DNA from: Candidatus Rifleibacteriota bacterium
GTDB lineage: Bacteria > Muiribacteriota > Ozemobacteria > Ozemobacterales > Ozemobacteraceae
NCBI GenBank assembly: GCA_017417215.1
Contig: JAFPZP010000066.1
Location: forward strand, 82,814-146,813
Reading direction: 5' to 3'
Length of the DNA stretch: 64,000 bases
Under the pieces are notes generated by a model. That model was not told where the DNA came from. It was given only the letters and a program-made list of their open reading frames with translations, and did not search any database. Position 1 is the stretch's first letter; every line of letters starts with the position of its first letter. The position numbers were made by a program, and so were the translations under genes. This document shows positions 28,501 to 37,034 of the stretch, one piece after another.

Positions 28501-31500
28501 TATGTGGCAGATTTTCTGTATCGGCAGATACATACTTAAAGCCTATTCTGGTGTAATCAGGAGAAGCATCAAAATTTAATTGTTTATCTGTTACAACATT
28601 ATTATTGTCTATATTCTTTCTAATACTGTATAAGTGCATACTGTCAGTAAGCACTTTTGGTATTTCTGATTTAATGGTTAAAGCACTTTCAAAGTTAGCA
28701 AAAGCATTTCCAGCTAAGTCTTGTCCTCCAGCGAGAACATACTTCCAGGTTCCGTTTGGAGTTTCTGCGGTAATTGCCTGATTATTAGAGAATATGGCTC
28801 TTTTGTCAGAGTTATCCCATTGAACAAAACTTAAACCTATTACAGTAGATTCTGTTGCAATACTCATACTAGGTGTGTAATTTGTATCCATGCTTTCAGA
28901 ATAATCTACTGTGAATATTTGCTGACCTGCTGGTGTCAGACCTAATAATTCTGGTTGAATAGTTGCTGTTGGGGCAACATTGTCTACTATAAATGCTTCA
29001 GATGCTGTATTAAAACCAGTAATTTGAGAATCATTCTTCTGGGCTCTGTCATAAACATAAGAAGCTATTTGAACAGGAGTTTCATTTCCAAATATATCTT
29101 TTAATCCATATATTCTTAATTCTGCAGGAACTCCGTCAACGTCTTTATTAAAATCTTCGGAAGTTTTAAATGAAGCGATGGTTCTTTCAACATTTCTTAC
29201 CGTTCTTTGACTCCATCCTGTAAATGTTGCTGAAGCTATTCTGTCACCAGTAGATATTTCAAAAATAGCAGCATTTGGTGAAGTGGTTGTTAAGAATGGT
29301 AAGGTTATTTCGCCTGCTTTTATTTTGGTGAGTTCAAAATCAAAGAGGAAATTTCCAGCGTCATCTTTTGTAGGTGGCATATCAGAAACAGAGACGGCTA
29401 TAATTGCGGCATTTTCAGTAGGAACAGCTTCTATAACTTCTATTGTACCTGGTGTTGTAGGTTTATATCTTGTATTACCCATTCCCCAGAAATTAACAAA
29501 TGAATCTGCTTCTATTTGTAAACCCCAGCTTAGGGTGTCTGCTGTATTATAGAAGTTTAGAATATTGTCTATGTCTGTTTCGGTTAAATTGATTTTAACT
29601 GTTGTACTTGCATATTCATTGTTTGAATTAGCAATCGGATTAGTTTCAAGAGTAAAAGACTGGTCATTTTCCAAATTGAATAATTTGATATTATTCAAAT
29701 GAAGTCTTGAACCTTTATTCTGGCTTGGAGTCGGCATTCCCATCTGGGGGTCTGTTTCATTTATTGTTCTGAAATTGTCTGTAAACAATACTACTCTATC
29801 ATTGAAGGTGAGAGTTAATGTTGCAGAAGCTAAATCGATAACAGGCTTCGGTGATGAAAGAATGTTTAAAGCACTAATAGGTGTAGATTCACGGTTGTCT
29901 GAAACTACAAATGGTTGTTCGATAGTATAATATTTGAGCTTTTTGTTAAAGATACTTGAAATCATTCTGTTGGCAGATGATTTCTGGGCAAATTTTAAAG
30001 TTTTTTCTGGATTATTTGTTAGCTTGTTTGCAATCCAATCTCTTCCGTTGTCTTGTAATGTAATTCTTAAATTCTTGTTGTCTGACCAGTTGCAGACATC
30101 TTCTTTTTGAATTACATACCATGAATCATAGCTGACATCTGCGAATTCTGTTAAGCCTGGATCATCAACAAAGAATACTGCATCAGAAGCAACGAATGTT
30201 GAAGTATCCATTTCTTGTTCAAATTGTATGTCTAAAGTGATTGTATTGGGCCAGTCATGAACCATTACAATATTTAAGATTGCAGGCTCTTCACGCCAAG
30301 AAGAATCTGTTATTGTTATTGGTAAGTAGTCATAGGTTTTTAGCCAGTTTTTATAGATGTCTTCTGCTGCCGCATTTGTCGTTGTGCGTTTTACTTCCAG
30401 GTAGAGAGGAGAAGATGCCCAGCCTGTAACTTCTCTTCTTCCTTCTAGAGTTAGATGAATTTCTATTTCTTCAAATAAATCTGTCCATGGGTCTTGGGTT
30501 AAATTGGTGTCGGAAAGGTCTAGCTTTACTGTAGTTCCTACGGTTGAGCTGCCTATAAGTGTCCATTGGGTTTTATCGATGTTATCTATTACTTCTGAAA
30601 AAGAAACGATTAGTTTTTCACCATCGAAGGTTGCGCCTGTAATTTCTGGTGCTTTTGTGTCTAATTTTAGTTCATGAGATGAATTACAAGAGTATCCTGC
30701 TTCATCATATATCGTTATCGGTATTGAAACCTCCATATAGTCTACTTCAGAATATGAAGCTATATCTATACCATTTCCGCTGCTATTGACGACAGAATTT
30801 GTTATAGAAGCAATATATAATGTTTGAGGACCATTAATACCAGATAAATCTAATGAAGCTGTTGATATATTTGCATTATTGTCAAGTGTTGCACTGGCTA
30901 TTAATAGGTCTCTTGTTGTTCTGTCTGTTCCTGATGCTATATTAAGTATTCCTGGAACATCATAATCAGGATTAATTATCAATGAAAAGCTTGCTATTGT
31001 CGGATAAACATTTTTTGCAACAAAAGTTGTAGTGTTTTCGTAAGGAGTTGCTATATTCCCAGCGTCATCTGCAGCAGAAATAACATAGGGAAGATCGTTT
31101 AAGTTGAGTTCTCCCCAAGTTGCTCCATTTTCAACTATGTTTGGGGCTTTTATTGTAAATGAAATTTCGTGTCTGTTTTTATCTTCATTGAAGACCATTT
31201 CTTTGGAGATACTTGCTACTCCTGGATCTATGCTAAAAGTAACCGATGCTGTTGCATCAATACAGGCTGTCATACTTGCATAGAACGTAATAGTATCACC
31301 TATTCTGACAATATTTTGATTCTTGGGTGTTGGCAGACTGTCTGATCTTCCTGTTATTTCAGCTCCACATAAAGGTGTGTTTATTATAGGAACCTGGCAA
31401 TCTACGGTTCCTACTTCCATAGTATATATTAATAATCTGTTTCCTTGGTCGTCTGTAATTAATGCTGGAAATTTGTAATTTTCGTATTCTTCGGATGTTT

Positions 31501-34500
31501 GAGATGTTGTTGTATTATATGTATAAATGTAATTCGGTGGAACACTCATTACTAGCGGAGTTTGATTTGCAGAACCTCCGATAGCTGTGAGATCTAGTGA
31601 TACTGTGAGATGTTCGGGAGCAACTAAAGAAAAGTTAACTTCAGCTACAGAGTTTTCTGTATAGTTGATTCTATTATTATTTGTAATATTGTCTGCGTTT
31701 ACAGTAAACATTGTTATTTCAGGAGGCTTGTTGTCTATAGCTATTTCTGGAGTGTAGCTGGTTACTGAGTTATCGCAGCCATCATAGAGAGTAATTGCCC
31801 AAGATGCATTTACATTGTTTAAAGTTCCTGTTGCAATTTTAACATCATATGTGTATATGCCTATATTAGCTGGGTCATATATCATTGGAACTGAGCCTGT
31901 ATCTGGGTCTATGCTCGTTAAATCTATGATTGGTCTTTGTCCATCATTTCCTGAAACATTTACTGTAAATGATATTGTGTCACCAATTCTTAATGGTGTT
32001 GCTCCGCTTGTTCCAACTGTAATTGAATTTATTACAGGTGGGTTAAGGTCGACTTTCTGGAAGTAAGTGCTCTGCTTGGCAACTTTATTCCCAGATTTAT
32101 CATACATCATGAAGTTAAATTGGTAATTTGTTTGTTCTTCCAAACCTATCGATTCTGTTGCTATTATTACTTGTCTGTAAAGATTAGATCCTTCTTCCAT
32201 ACTAATAAAATTAGTTGGAGGTGGAGGAGTTACGAGATTCAGGTTATTGTCAACATACTTCATTGAACCATCTTCTAGTTTGCATAGATAGGTTACGTCT
32301 AAAGTTGCAGTAGCATGGTCATCATTTGAAGTTTCTTTAATATATGGCAGTGTAAATGTAATAGTTTTCTTGGTGTTGATAGAATCAGGATATTTATCGG
32401 TGGTTGAAGTATGATTTACTAATGTGACAGTTGGTTCTTGTGGGTCAGGTGGATTTTGGTCTAGGGTTAAAAATGTAAATGAAGCAATATGAATATCACC
32501 AGTATCCTGGTGTACTGCTTTGTTCCCCGCATTGTCCTTGATTTCTACTGGGAAAATTGCACCATTATTGATTGGACCAGTTGCTATATCAAAGCTGTAG
32601 GAAAATTCATTACCCATGCTTGACATGTATTCTTTGCTTAAGTTGCCTAACTGGGTTAAATCAATTACTACTGTAATTCCATCGTCTGAATTAGCAAGAA
32701 GAACTTTTGTTGTGATACTGTCTCCAATAATAATATAAGGATAGTTTTGCTGATTTAAGGCCACACTTTGTGAAATATAGACAGGTGGCTCGTTATCAAC
32801 TGGGTGAGTGATTTGTTTAGATGATATGTTTCCGTTACTGTCTTGTGCTATTAATGTAAAAGGAAAATCGCTTTCATCGACAGTGCCACTTGCAACAGTA
32901 TGACGATATTGCCAGTTGTTTCCAGAACTGGTTGTTAGGTTTTTAACTCCTGAATCATCTAGGGCAGTTAAGTCTATTGTTACTGGATTATTTGGAGCAT
33001 TAGCACCAGAGATTGTTGCGGAAAAAGTGATTTTGTCTTTGTTTAGTATGCTGCCATCTGTTCCTGTTGCGCCAGTAATATTGAAACTTTCTATTCTAGG
33101 ACCAACATTGTCTACAATTATAGGTGGAGTTGTGGTTTTCGTTATGGTGTTGTTATAACGGTCTGTGGCAGTAACTTCAAAAGTTACTTGTTCTCCGTCT
33201 AATTGTAGCATAGTTAAACCACCTGTATATGTTGCAACATATTGCGGTGGAACTAATGTATCATCGTATATCAGGTTTAGAGTCGTTCCCCCAATAGGTG
33301 ATAAATCAACTACTACAGTAGTCATTTCTGTATTAGTTGTAACTATTTCTGAATGAAAATAAAGTTTTGATGTTGCTGTTGCAACATTAGTTACTCTGTT
33401 TTCTGCAGAGTAAATTGTAACTTTTGATGTTTTATGCGAAAATTCACCTAAGTCAACTATATTGTTGTAGGTTGCTTCTTTTGTAATTGTGTTTCCTGCT
33501 TTATCTTTTGCAGTGAATTGAAAGGTCAGAGTATTGTCATAGTAACAGGTCTGGTCAGGAAGAAAAGTTAAAGTTCCTTGAAATGTTGCAGTGCTTCCTG
33601 CGGTTGGATTTCCGTTTACTACAAGTTCTTTTGGAAGAGTTCCGTCATAGGCGCTAGGATGATTGGTTGTTAATTCATTGCTGGTAACAGTTACTGTGTC
33701 TCCATCATAGTTTGATATTGTTGCTGTAAAAGTAAATGTGTGACCAGGAATTGCTACAACATTACCTGCATTGTTTGCAATCGTGACAGTCAGAGTTGGA
33801 GCTCTACTGTCTATCGTTAAATTCAGGGCTTCGTTGTCCTGATATGTAGTTGTGTTTCCAACATCATCAACCATTGTTAAATTACATGGAAGAACTAGTT
33901 CGTAGTTGTTTGGTACTGTGAATGTTGTAGTAAATGTTCTATTCGCACTTGATGTCATATTGGCTGGTGGATAACCAATAGGAGATAAGTCAACAATAAT
34001 TGAGTTGATGTCGTCATCGTTTACTTTTTGAGTTAATACTACAACATCACCTGCTTTTAATACTCTGCCGGCTACGTAATTTGCACCGTTGACTGTGCAT
34101 GTCATTCCACCGTTTCTTGTAGGAGGTTTGTTGTCGAATGTGTATGAAGGAGCTGGTGAAAAACTAATAGTATCACTAGCGTTTCCTATAAATATTGGTA
34201 TATTTACTGGATTTTGGTTTTCTTTTGTTCCTTCAACTACAGTAAAAGTTCCTTGTGCAAAATAGTTTTCTCCGCCAATATTTGTTATGCTTAAAGTATT
34301 TAAACCTGGGGTACATATCCCTGATAAATCTACAACTGCATTATTACCATTTGCATTGCTTTTAAAATAAACGCTTACATTGATTACGCTGTTTATTCTT
34401 GCAGGATTATCTGCTGAAGTTACAGTAGCACTTATAGATACAGGTGGTTCTGCAAAAACAGGATGCAATATTGTGATAAATAATATTGTTAAAAGCAGAA

Positions 34501-34531
34501 GCTTTATCTTTTTAGCGGATATGAAAAACAT
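22517..34531 (-). CDS. giant secreted Ig-like-repeat surface protein with FlgD-Ig/T9SS-CTD-like C-terminal domain (giant 1)
   Basis: I prefer the ATG at 34531, which has AAGGAG 5 nt upstream and gives about 4004 aa; the track ORF extends to 34579. The signal peptide is MFFISAKKIKLLLLTILFITILHPVFA. Dozens of roughly 100-aa domains end in D-x-(A/S)-G-N motifs (DKAGN, DLAGN, DDAGN...). The C-terminus reads YPNPAKNNMTIRIR...IKIYDVAGHKVA...RWDLRNKKGKKVANGVYIAKLE...LKLAVLK. Confidence 0.85.
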   Translation of the reverse strand: MFFISAKKIKLLLLTILFITILHPVFAEPPVSISATVTSADNPARINSVINVSVYFKSNANGNNAVVDLSGICTPGLNTLSITNIGGENYFAQGTFTVVEGTKENQNPVNIPIFIGNASDTISFSPAPSYTFDNKPPTRNGGMTCTVNGANYVAGRVLKAGDVVVLTQKVNDDDINSIIVDLSPIGYPPANMTSSANRTFTTTFTVPNNYELVLPCNLTMVDDVGNTTTYQDNEALNLTIDSRAPTLTVTIANNAGNVVAIPGHTFTFTATISNYDGDTVTVTSNELTTNHPSAYDGTLPKELVVNGNPTAGSTATFQGTLTFLPDQTCYYDNTLTFQFTAKDKAGNTITKEATYNNIVDLGEFSHKTSKVTIYSAENRVTNVATATSKLYFHSEIVTTNTEMTTVVVDLSPIGGTTLNLIYDDTLVPPQYVATYTGGLTMLQLDGEQVTFEVTATDRYNNTITKTTTPPIIVDNVGPRIESFNITGATGTDGSILNKDKITFSATISGANAPNNPVTIDLTALDDSGVKNLTTSSGNNWQYRHTVASGTVDESDFPFTLIAQDSNGNISSKQITHPVDNEPPVYISQSVALNQQNYPYIIIGDSITTKVLLANSDDGITVVIDLTQLGNLSKEYMSSMGNEFSYSFDIATGPINNGAIFPVEIKDNAGNKAVHQDTGDIHIASFTFLTLDQNPPDPQEPTVTLVNHTSTTDKYPDSINTKKTITFTLPYIKETSNDDHATATLDVTYLCKLEDGSMKYVDNNLNLVTPPPPTNFISMEEGSNLYRQVIIATESIGLEEQTNYQFNFMMYDKSGNKVAKQSTYFQKVDLNPPVINSITVGTSGATPLRIGDTISFTVNVSGNDGQRPIIDLTSIDPDTGSVPMIYDPANIGIYTYDVKIATGTLNNVNASWAITLYDGCDNSVTSYTPEIAIDNKPPEITMFTVNADNITNNNRINYTENSVAEVNFSLVAPEHLTVSLDLTAIGGSANQTPLVMSVPPNYIYTYNTTTSQTSEEYENYKFPALITDDQGNRLLIYTMEVGTVDCQVPIINTPLCGAEITGRSDSLPTPKNQNIVRIGDTITFYASMTACIDATASVTFSIDPGVASISKEMVFNEDKNRHEISFTIKAPNIVENGATWGELNLNDLPYVISAADDAGNIATPYENTTTFVAKNVYPTIASFSLIINPDYDVPGILNIASGTDRTTRDLLIASATLDNNANISTASLDLSGINGPQTLYIASITNSVVNSSGNGIDIASYSEVDYMEVSIPITIYDEAGYSCNSSHELKLDTKAPEITGATFDGEKLIVSFSEVIDNIDKTQWTLIGSSTVGTTVKLDLSDTNLTQDPWTDLFEEIEIHLTLEGRREVTGWASSPLYLEVKRTTTNAAAEDIYKNWLKTYDYLPITITDSSWREEPAILNIVMVHDWPNTITLDIQFEQEMDTSTFVASDAVFFVDDPGLTEFADVSYDSWYVIQKEDVCNWSDNKNLRITLQDNGRDWIANKLTNNPEKTLKFAQKSSANRMISSIFNKKLKYYTIEQPFVVSDNRESTPISALNILSSPKPVIDLASATLTLTFNDRVVLFTDNFRTINETDPQMGMPTPSQNKGSRLHLNNIKLFNLENDQSFTLETNPIANSNNEYASTTVKINLTETDIDNILNFYNTADTLSWGLQIEADSFVNFWGMGNTRYKPTTPGTIEVIEAVPTENAAIIAVSVSDMPPTKDDAGNFLFDFELTKIKAGEITLPFLTTTSPNAAIFEISTGDRIASATFTGWSQRTVRNVERTIASFKTSEDFNKDVDGVPAELRIYGLKDIFGNETPVQIASYVYDRAQKNDSQITGFNTASEAFIVDNVAPTATIQPELLGLTPAGQQIFTVDYSESMDTNYTPSMSIATESTVIGLSFVQWDNSDKRAIFSNNQAITAETPNGTWKYVLAGGQDLAGNAFANFESALTIKSEIPKVLTDSMHLYSIRKNIDNNNVVTDKQLNFDASPDYTRIGFKYVSADTENLPHTLCFFDTSDQEIGSATIVQSGVNATATFSILDFDTVPTTNSSIIIKVVDKAGNMTESIGSIEYYAKAPIVSEMTLTGVATLSQGIYYYRTALDDMTFKGTITPPFNNPLNLIIASFSAPMSPVATMTLTTEDVISTTLTNNFGQSLAEDIYTIYIADDAGNLHTTADPIMLIVDDTPPEIDSIVPGPTDLVANTPIGMATFTVKFTELMDTTVTPTLVLATSTLNASIGMQFVGWGDDLMTASFTNAVDIVATYPVGIYNYTVTNAQDLAGNVIGATPDSFTTDIQPKGPGVSSLTILTLQPDISDEVFENRDFNPIKYSTGDEASVTFKIDYVSGPFNTPHQLLIYDEDGNNIATLAVSVGNPGYATWDAGDMPTTDSTYSFKIADNLMNISPETGYLKWQFKVDTTTPDVTSIDFNDGGIGQTVAGIRYYSPTVPATFTVTTTETDDLVLIASSTATTTYIITASTSHSISFGSSLADGEYTLGISDLAGNINDGVSMKITVDSIPPQVTSAYASDELFAPLEIVGKTATFLVTFDKIMNQNITPTVQLATDTSYGTTEIATLTFQSWRDDQSCLFVTNNVFDTINFPVGTASIVVSEARDLAGNLIATDTYGEVQVISQNPKFYASLTTQQTMISDAYLNDIPFSLRAEPNIATLTIVYDTITTNGPYALDHTLLLFDGTGVQIATHTLTGGATEITVDAPFFGDFEAGITPPEEFTGTFTIMLKDSVGNIASDSNNFEIKYDSIRPKLNDIIQLTGPSSASVGLNYYYNPDILGNISTDIILNASDAIKLVVYGVSSSPYEIIATRTYPLTLTNALTYSYEGNLEDIYGTPLPEGTYTIAAIDMAGNFAEYYSLPGFIQTANILIDKTAPTVLVATITDQLYISSGEAGMATFSIQFNESMFEEAFQYLEIATTSYKIPCRFIRLETTAIASDTAIFESSVAIPNTIPQGNYVYHIIGTDLTGNKVETDFGEVFVKSAGPVVSYIHTYSYQQTTASDTLESGNEYHYDDVFSFNVEPNAATMTIKLSEAPDGDPATVYLTFLKKVTVNQLTEEIMVASYPLALDGDLMATFTWDAVTEPIVATSATFIIRIADTNGDLSFYNYEWSVDSEEPTYTGISFNSGIDFPDSETVYMNPYRHTNFEVTFKNLIDTNPRLRIRSKVSTDTYALTPLSSNGWKAPFRAKYSRDTGNPDDIMPDGVYDIGLTDQAGNLAASDTEDLYKLVIDTKNPEIGTYTLKINGSVIGSYCSPSEDKPLVISLETEEPLTATGAYYIDVYNAGNVRINRLNIVDNGGTLEASWNAKNDSGATVSDGVYTFRVSDICGNSSETATSTTAITSPFQVMSPAVQTGSNTIKLWFNHGIEPASLGATPISCVPPLTISNIQIEDERAISFIATGMTHGASYTLTVNDSLTNIYGSTLSTTASSAVFYADIKGPAIVGTSFDKVNSQGEIMVVFDQPLDKTTGEATSSYIIQDSVGNTIPITTAILQSDGTSVLLVASGTFIENADYRIKAPGVKDELGNDSCESSISGFGFKGRDVTPPTFVISAFSNPANENDIIIIAISNEELIKVPTLTITHGSASPIKLTMQKNATNPLAFMSAASLKASNGQSGTLKVEGEDLNGNKGSETGSFVIANVKVNSNQRLTSDDKQFSLSFDKDSLKEDATVKILKRSVIKEDYATGTIRTSLQNEYIAMRGLRASVATSEEEATNSELTPITDAYEAAVNSSKVNKGIVASMKIPESASQTTGLGLFYQKNGSWKYISSNITADKEIKARINSSQVFAIMRDSVAPTIKLDESVDLTKAFETARPEFRGSIKDFGSGIDTNSLEAKIDSKIQGITLDNDGNFKFKSLSELINGNHDLVISAKDKTGNLATSGSMRFALVLPFEFKQIIQYPNPAKNNMTIRIRTNSTGINCNIRIKIYDVAGHKVADFDEGDVLDRNDGNYEVRWDLRNKKGKKVANGVYIAKLEAINPETGKKIKATLKLAVLK

Positions 34532-34587
34532 CTCTTCTCCTTGAATAAAGCCAATTAGGAGAGAACTGGCTTTGTTCATATTTTTCT

Positions 34588-34616
34588 AATATATTGTTTC
34601 TTGCATAACATGTTAA
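34588..34616 (-). promoter_or_regulatory. sigma70-like promoter candidate for giant gene 1 (TTAACA-17-TATATT on minus strand)
   Basis: The -35 reverse complement is at 34611-34616 and the -10 reverse complement at 34588-34593. This would give a roughly 50-nt leader before the AAGGAG/ATG at 34531. Confidence 0.35.
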
Positions 34617-34681
34617 TTTATTCTTTAAAAAAGTACAAGCCCTTTTTAGATTTTTGTTAAGAAGTTTTCGTTTCAAAAAAT

Positions 34682-34709
34682 TTGACAATGGTATCAGATT
34701 TGCTAGAAT
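34682..34709 (+). promoter_or_regulatory. sigma70-like promoter candidate for the central operon (TTGACA-16-TAGAAT)
   Basis: TTGACA at 34682-34687 and TAGAAT at 34704-34709. The ATG at 34721 is only about 11 nt past the -10, so the leader would be very short. Confidence 0.4.
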
Positions 34710-34720
34710 TATTTTAATTT

Positions 34721-35446
34721 ATGTACAGAAATAGCATATTAAAATATATCTTTTTAATAGTAATTATGTTGTTGTGCAGAGCATCAACAGCTTCTGCATG
34801 CAGTCTTGCCTTACATGATTGGCAGTTGAAATTTTTTTATAAAATTCCTATAAATGCTCCTTTTATTCCATTGTCTGAAATCGCTGTTATTCAAAAACAG
34901 TTTAATAGAGCAGTAACAGATAGATTGTTCTGGGCTGTAAAACCTGGTGTTTTAACCCCATTCAATGATTTTATTATTTCTTTTATTGATGGTTGGGTCT
35001 CAAAAGTAAAATGGATAATAGTTCCCAACAATAAGTCTGTTATTAAACTAGCTAGAAGCTTTTCTAATGATGAAAATAAGCCTTTAATAGTTGGTTCTGA
35101 TAAAAATTATCTTAAAATAGCTGTTTTTTTAGATGCAAATTCAAATAATAATTGTTGTCAGATTGTTTTGGCTCAAGATAGCCGCATAAGATGCATTTTC
35201 CAAGACCCCAATAAGCCCTGGGCTCAAGAATATAGTATGGAGAGCTGGTTCTCTTTGATATTTTACAGACTTCCTATTCCGGGTTATATTTTGTCATTTT
35301 CTACTTATCCTATAGATGGCAATAGAGTTGCATTATATGAAGATCATCCTTTGGTTGAAACTCTATTGAGCAAAAAAATGCTCATGCGTAGACCAGATTT
35401 AGTTATCGACCCTTATTCTTTTGATTTTCCGGATTTACCAGAATGA
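34721..35446 (+). CDS. secreted protein of unknown function (first gene of central operon)
   Basis: 241 aa with signal peptide MYRNSILKYIFLIVIMLLCRASTASA. An ATGA 4-nt overlap joins it to the next gene. Confidence 0.6.
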   Translation: MYRNSILKYIFLIVIMLLCRASTASACSLALHDWQLKFFYKIPINAPFIPLSEIAVIQKQFNRAVTDRLFWAVKPGVLTPFNDFIISFIDGWVSKVKWIIVPNNKSVIKLARSFSNDENKPLIVGSDKNYLKIAVFLDANSNNNCCQIVLAQDSRIRCIFQDPNKPWAQEYSMESWFSLIFYRLPIPGYILSFSTYPIDGNRVALYEDHPLVETLLSKKMLMRRPDLVIDPYSFDFPDLPE

Positions 35447-36102
35447 AAAAATATGTAAAAATTTTATTACTCGTTTTTCCTTGCCTTTTGCCTTTCTCGT
35501 TATTTGGGCAACCTTTTGGGGAGGCAGATTTAGAACGTTTGATTATGAATCATCCTATGATGAAGAATTACGATGCTAAAACAGGTCATTTTAAGAATAC
35601 TCCTTATGAATTAAAGAATGTTGCTGATTTGAAGTTGGAAAATGCTTCTATGTCATCTGAAATAAAGGAAATAGAAAGCAAAGAATTAAATAATTCTGTG
35701 GCGGCAATCTCTTCTGAAATCGAGGATGAAGATGCGTTCTGGGATAATGTGGTTTCTCTTGGTGTTAGAAAATATCAGCTTAAATATAAAATCCAGAAGA
35801 ATGAAAATATGATTATTAGTGATGGAAAGCCTGGCTCGGAGAAGTTATATCCTATTATAGACAATATCTGCAATGATATTTTTGTTCCAATGTATGATAA
35901 AAACAAAGTTATATTGAATAAACAGCCTAGATATCTGACTAAAAAGCCTGAATTGAATGGAAAAGATTTGCATGCTTTCTGGTCCAGACCTGATGAAAAA
36001 GTCCTCTGTGATTATCTTCAATATTCTTCCTTTATTGGTCTTATGTTCCCTTCTGTAGACAAGACCATTCTTTTTCAGAAAACTTCAGGAGATACGAAAT
36101 GA
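35443..36102 (+). CDS. short Skp/OmpH-like periplasmic protein (paralog 1)
   Basis: 219 aa with a signal peptide. Its N-terminal motif DLERLIMNHPMM is shared with the 36099 and 38941 products. It also has a coiled-coil-like middle and a DKNKVILNKQ stretch. An ATGA overlap joins it to the next gene. Confidence 0.4.
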   Translation: MKKYVKILLLVFPCLLPFSLFGQPFGEADLERLIMNHPMMKNYDAKTGHFKNTPYELKNVADLKLENASMSSEIKEIESKELNNSVAAISSEIEDEDAFWDNVVSLGVRKYQLKYKIQKNENMIISDGKPGSEKLYPIIDNICNDIFVPMYDKNKVILNKQPRYLTKKPELNGKDLHAFWSRPDEKVLCDYLQYSSFIGLMFPSVDKTILFQKTSGDTK

Positions 36103-37034
36103 AAAGATTGAGATATGTTTTTATTTGTATTTTTATACTTCTTTCTACTCAGTCTGTCTGGGCTATAAATGCTAATGAAGTGGCAACTATAGATTTGTCT
36201 ATGGCTTTGTGCTTGCACCCAAAAATGTCTTTGTTCGATTTTAATAGAATTGGTTTCTATAAAGTTGAATTTGGTCTTTCTGAAGAAGAATTCAATGAAA
36301 AAACTTATTCTTTAAGAGCTTCTGCCCCAGATCGTTCTGAAGAATTAAATAAATTGCAGAAGGAGTTAGATGATCTTTATGAAGAACGAAATAAAATATC
36401 TGATCTTTACGTAAATATAGATGAGGAAAAGCAAAAAAAGATTGATGAGCTGATGTCTGCTTCTTTGGCTAAAGAAAAAGAGTTGAATGATAAGATTCTT
36501 GATATTAACTATCAAACAATGAATTACGATTTGACTTCTCCTTCTGAAACTCGAGCTATATTGGAAGAAATCGAAAAAGATATTTTTGAAGCTATTAATC
36601 AGGTTGTAGAGGAAGAAAAATATTCTGTAGTTCTAAATTCTACTATTCCGGTGCCTTATACATTTACTAAAAATTATTATAATAGTGAAATATATGGGCA
36701 GGGTATTCCAGGTATAAACTTTATGCTTTTTTATTCTTTCCTGGCAATGAATAATCTGGCTAGTCCTTTAGATGAGGTTCCTCCCTCAAGAGATTTAATT
36801 AATTGGCTTGAGCTGACAAGATACCCAGGAACAGTAAATTTATTGCCTATGAAACCTTATCCTTTGGTCTTGTCAGGGGGAAAAAGCATATTGTCATCTG
36901 TTGTTAAAAAGATATATAATAAATATAAAATAAAACCTGCTATATATAATGTGGTTGATTCTGTTATAATTAAAATAGAACAGTTGCAAAATGGGAAAAA
37001 TGTCGAGCAGAAGACTGTAAAATATGATTTTTAA
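36099..37034 (+). CDS. Skp/OmpH-like periplasmic chaperone-like protein with C-terminal extension (paralog 2)
   Basis: 311 aa with a signal peptide (cleavage after VWA). It has the motif IDLSMALCLHPKM, a charged coiled-coil region, then IFEAINQVVEEEKYSVVLNST, which resembles the Skp C-terminal (kgy.lVld) segment. Confidence 0.45.
   Translation: MKRLRYVFICIFILLSTQSVWAINANEVATIDLSMALCLHPKMSLFDFNRIGFYKVEFGLSEEEFNEKTYSLRASAPDRSEELNKLQKELDDLYEERNKISDLYVNIDEEKQKKIDELMSASLAKEKELNDKILDINYQTMNYDLTSPSETRAILEEIEKDIFEAINQVVEEEKYSVVLNSTIPVPYTFTKNYYNSEIYGQGIPGINFMLFYSFLAMNNLASPLDEVPPSRDLINWLELTRYPGTVNLLPMKPYPLVLSGGKSILSSVVKKIYNKYKIKPAIYNVVDSVIIKIEQLQNGKNVEQKTVKYDF

Noticed and set aside
26982-33356. Seven + strand ORFs (62-91 aa) inside giant gene 1
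   Set aside because: They are antisense shadows of a continuous 12-kb minus-strand ORF with clear domain periodicity. None has an RBS or a recognisable motif.
34532-34579. 16-codon N-terminal extension of giant 1 (MNKASSLLIGFIQGEE)
   Set aside because: The internal ATG at 34531 has a strong AAGGAG RBS and starts directly with a signal peptide. The extension would bury that signal.
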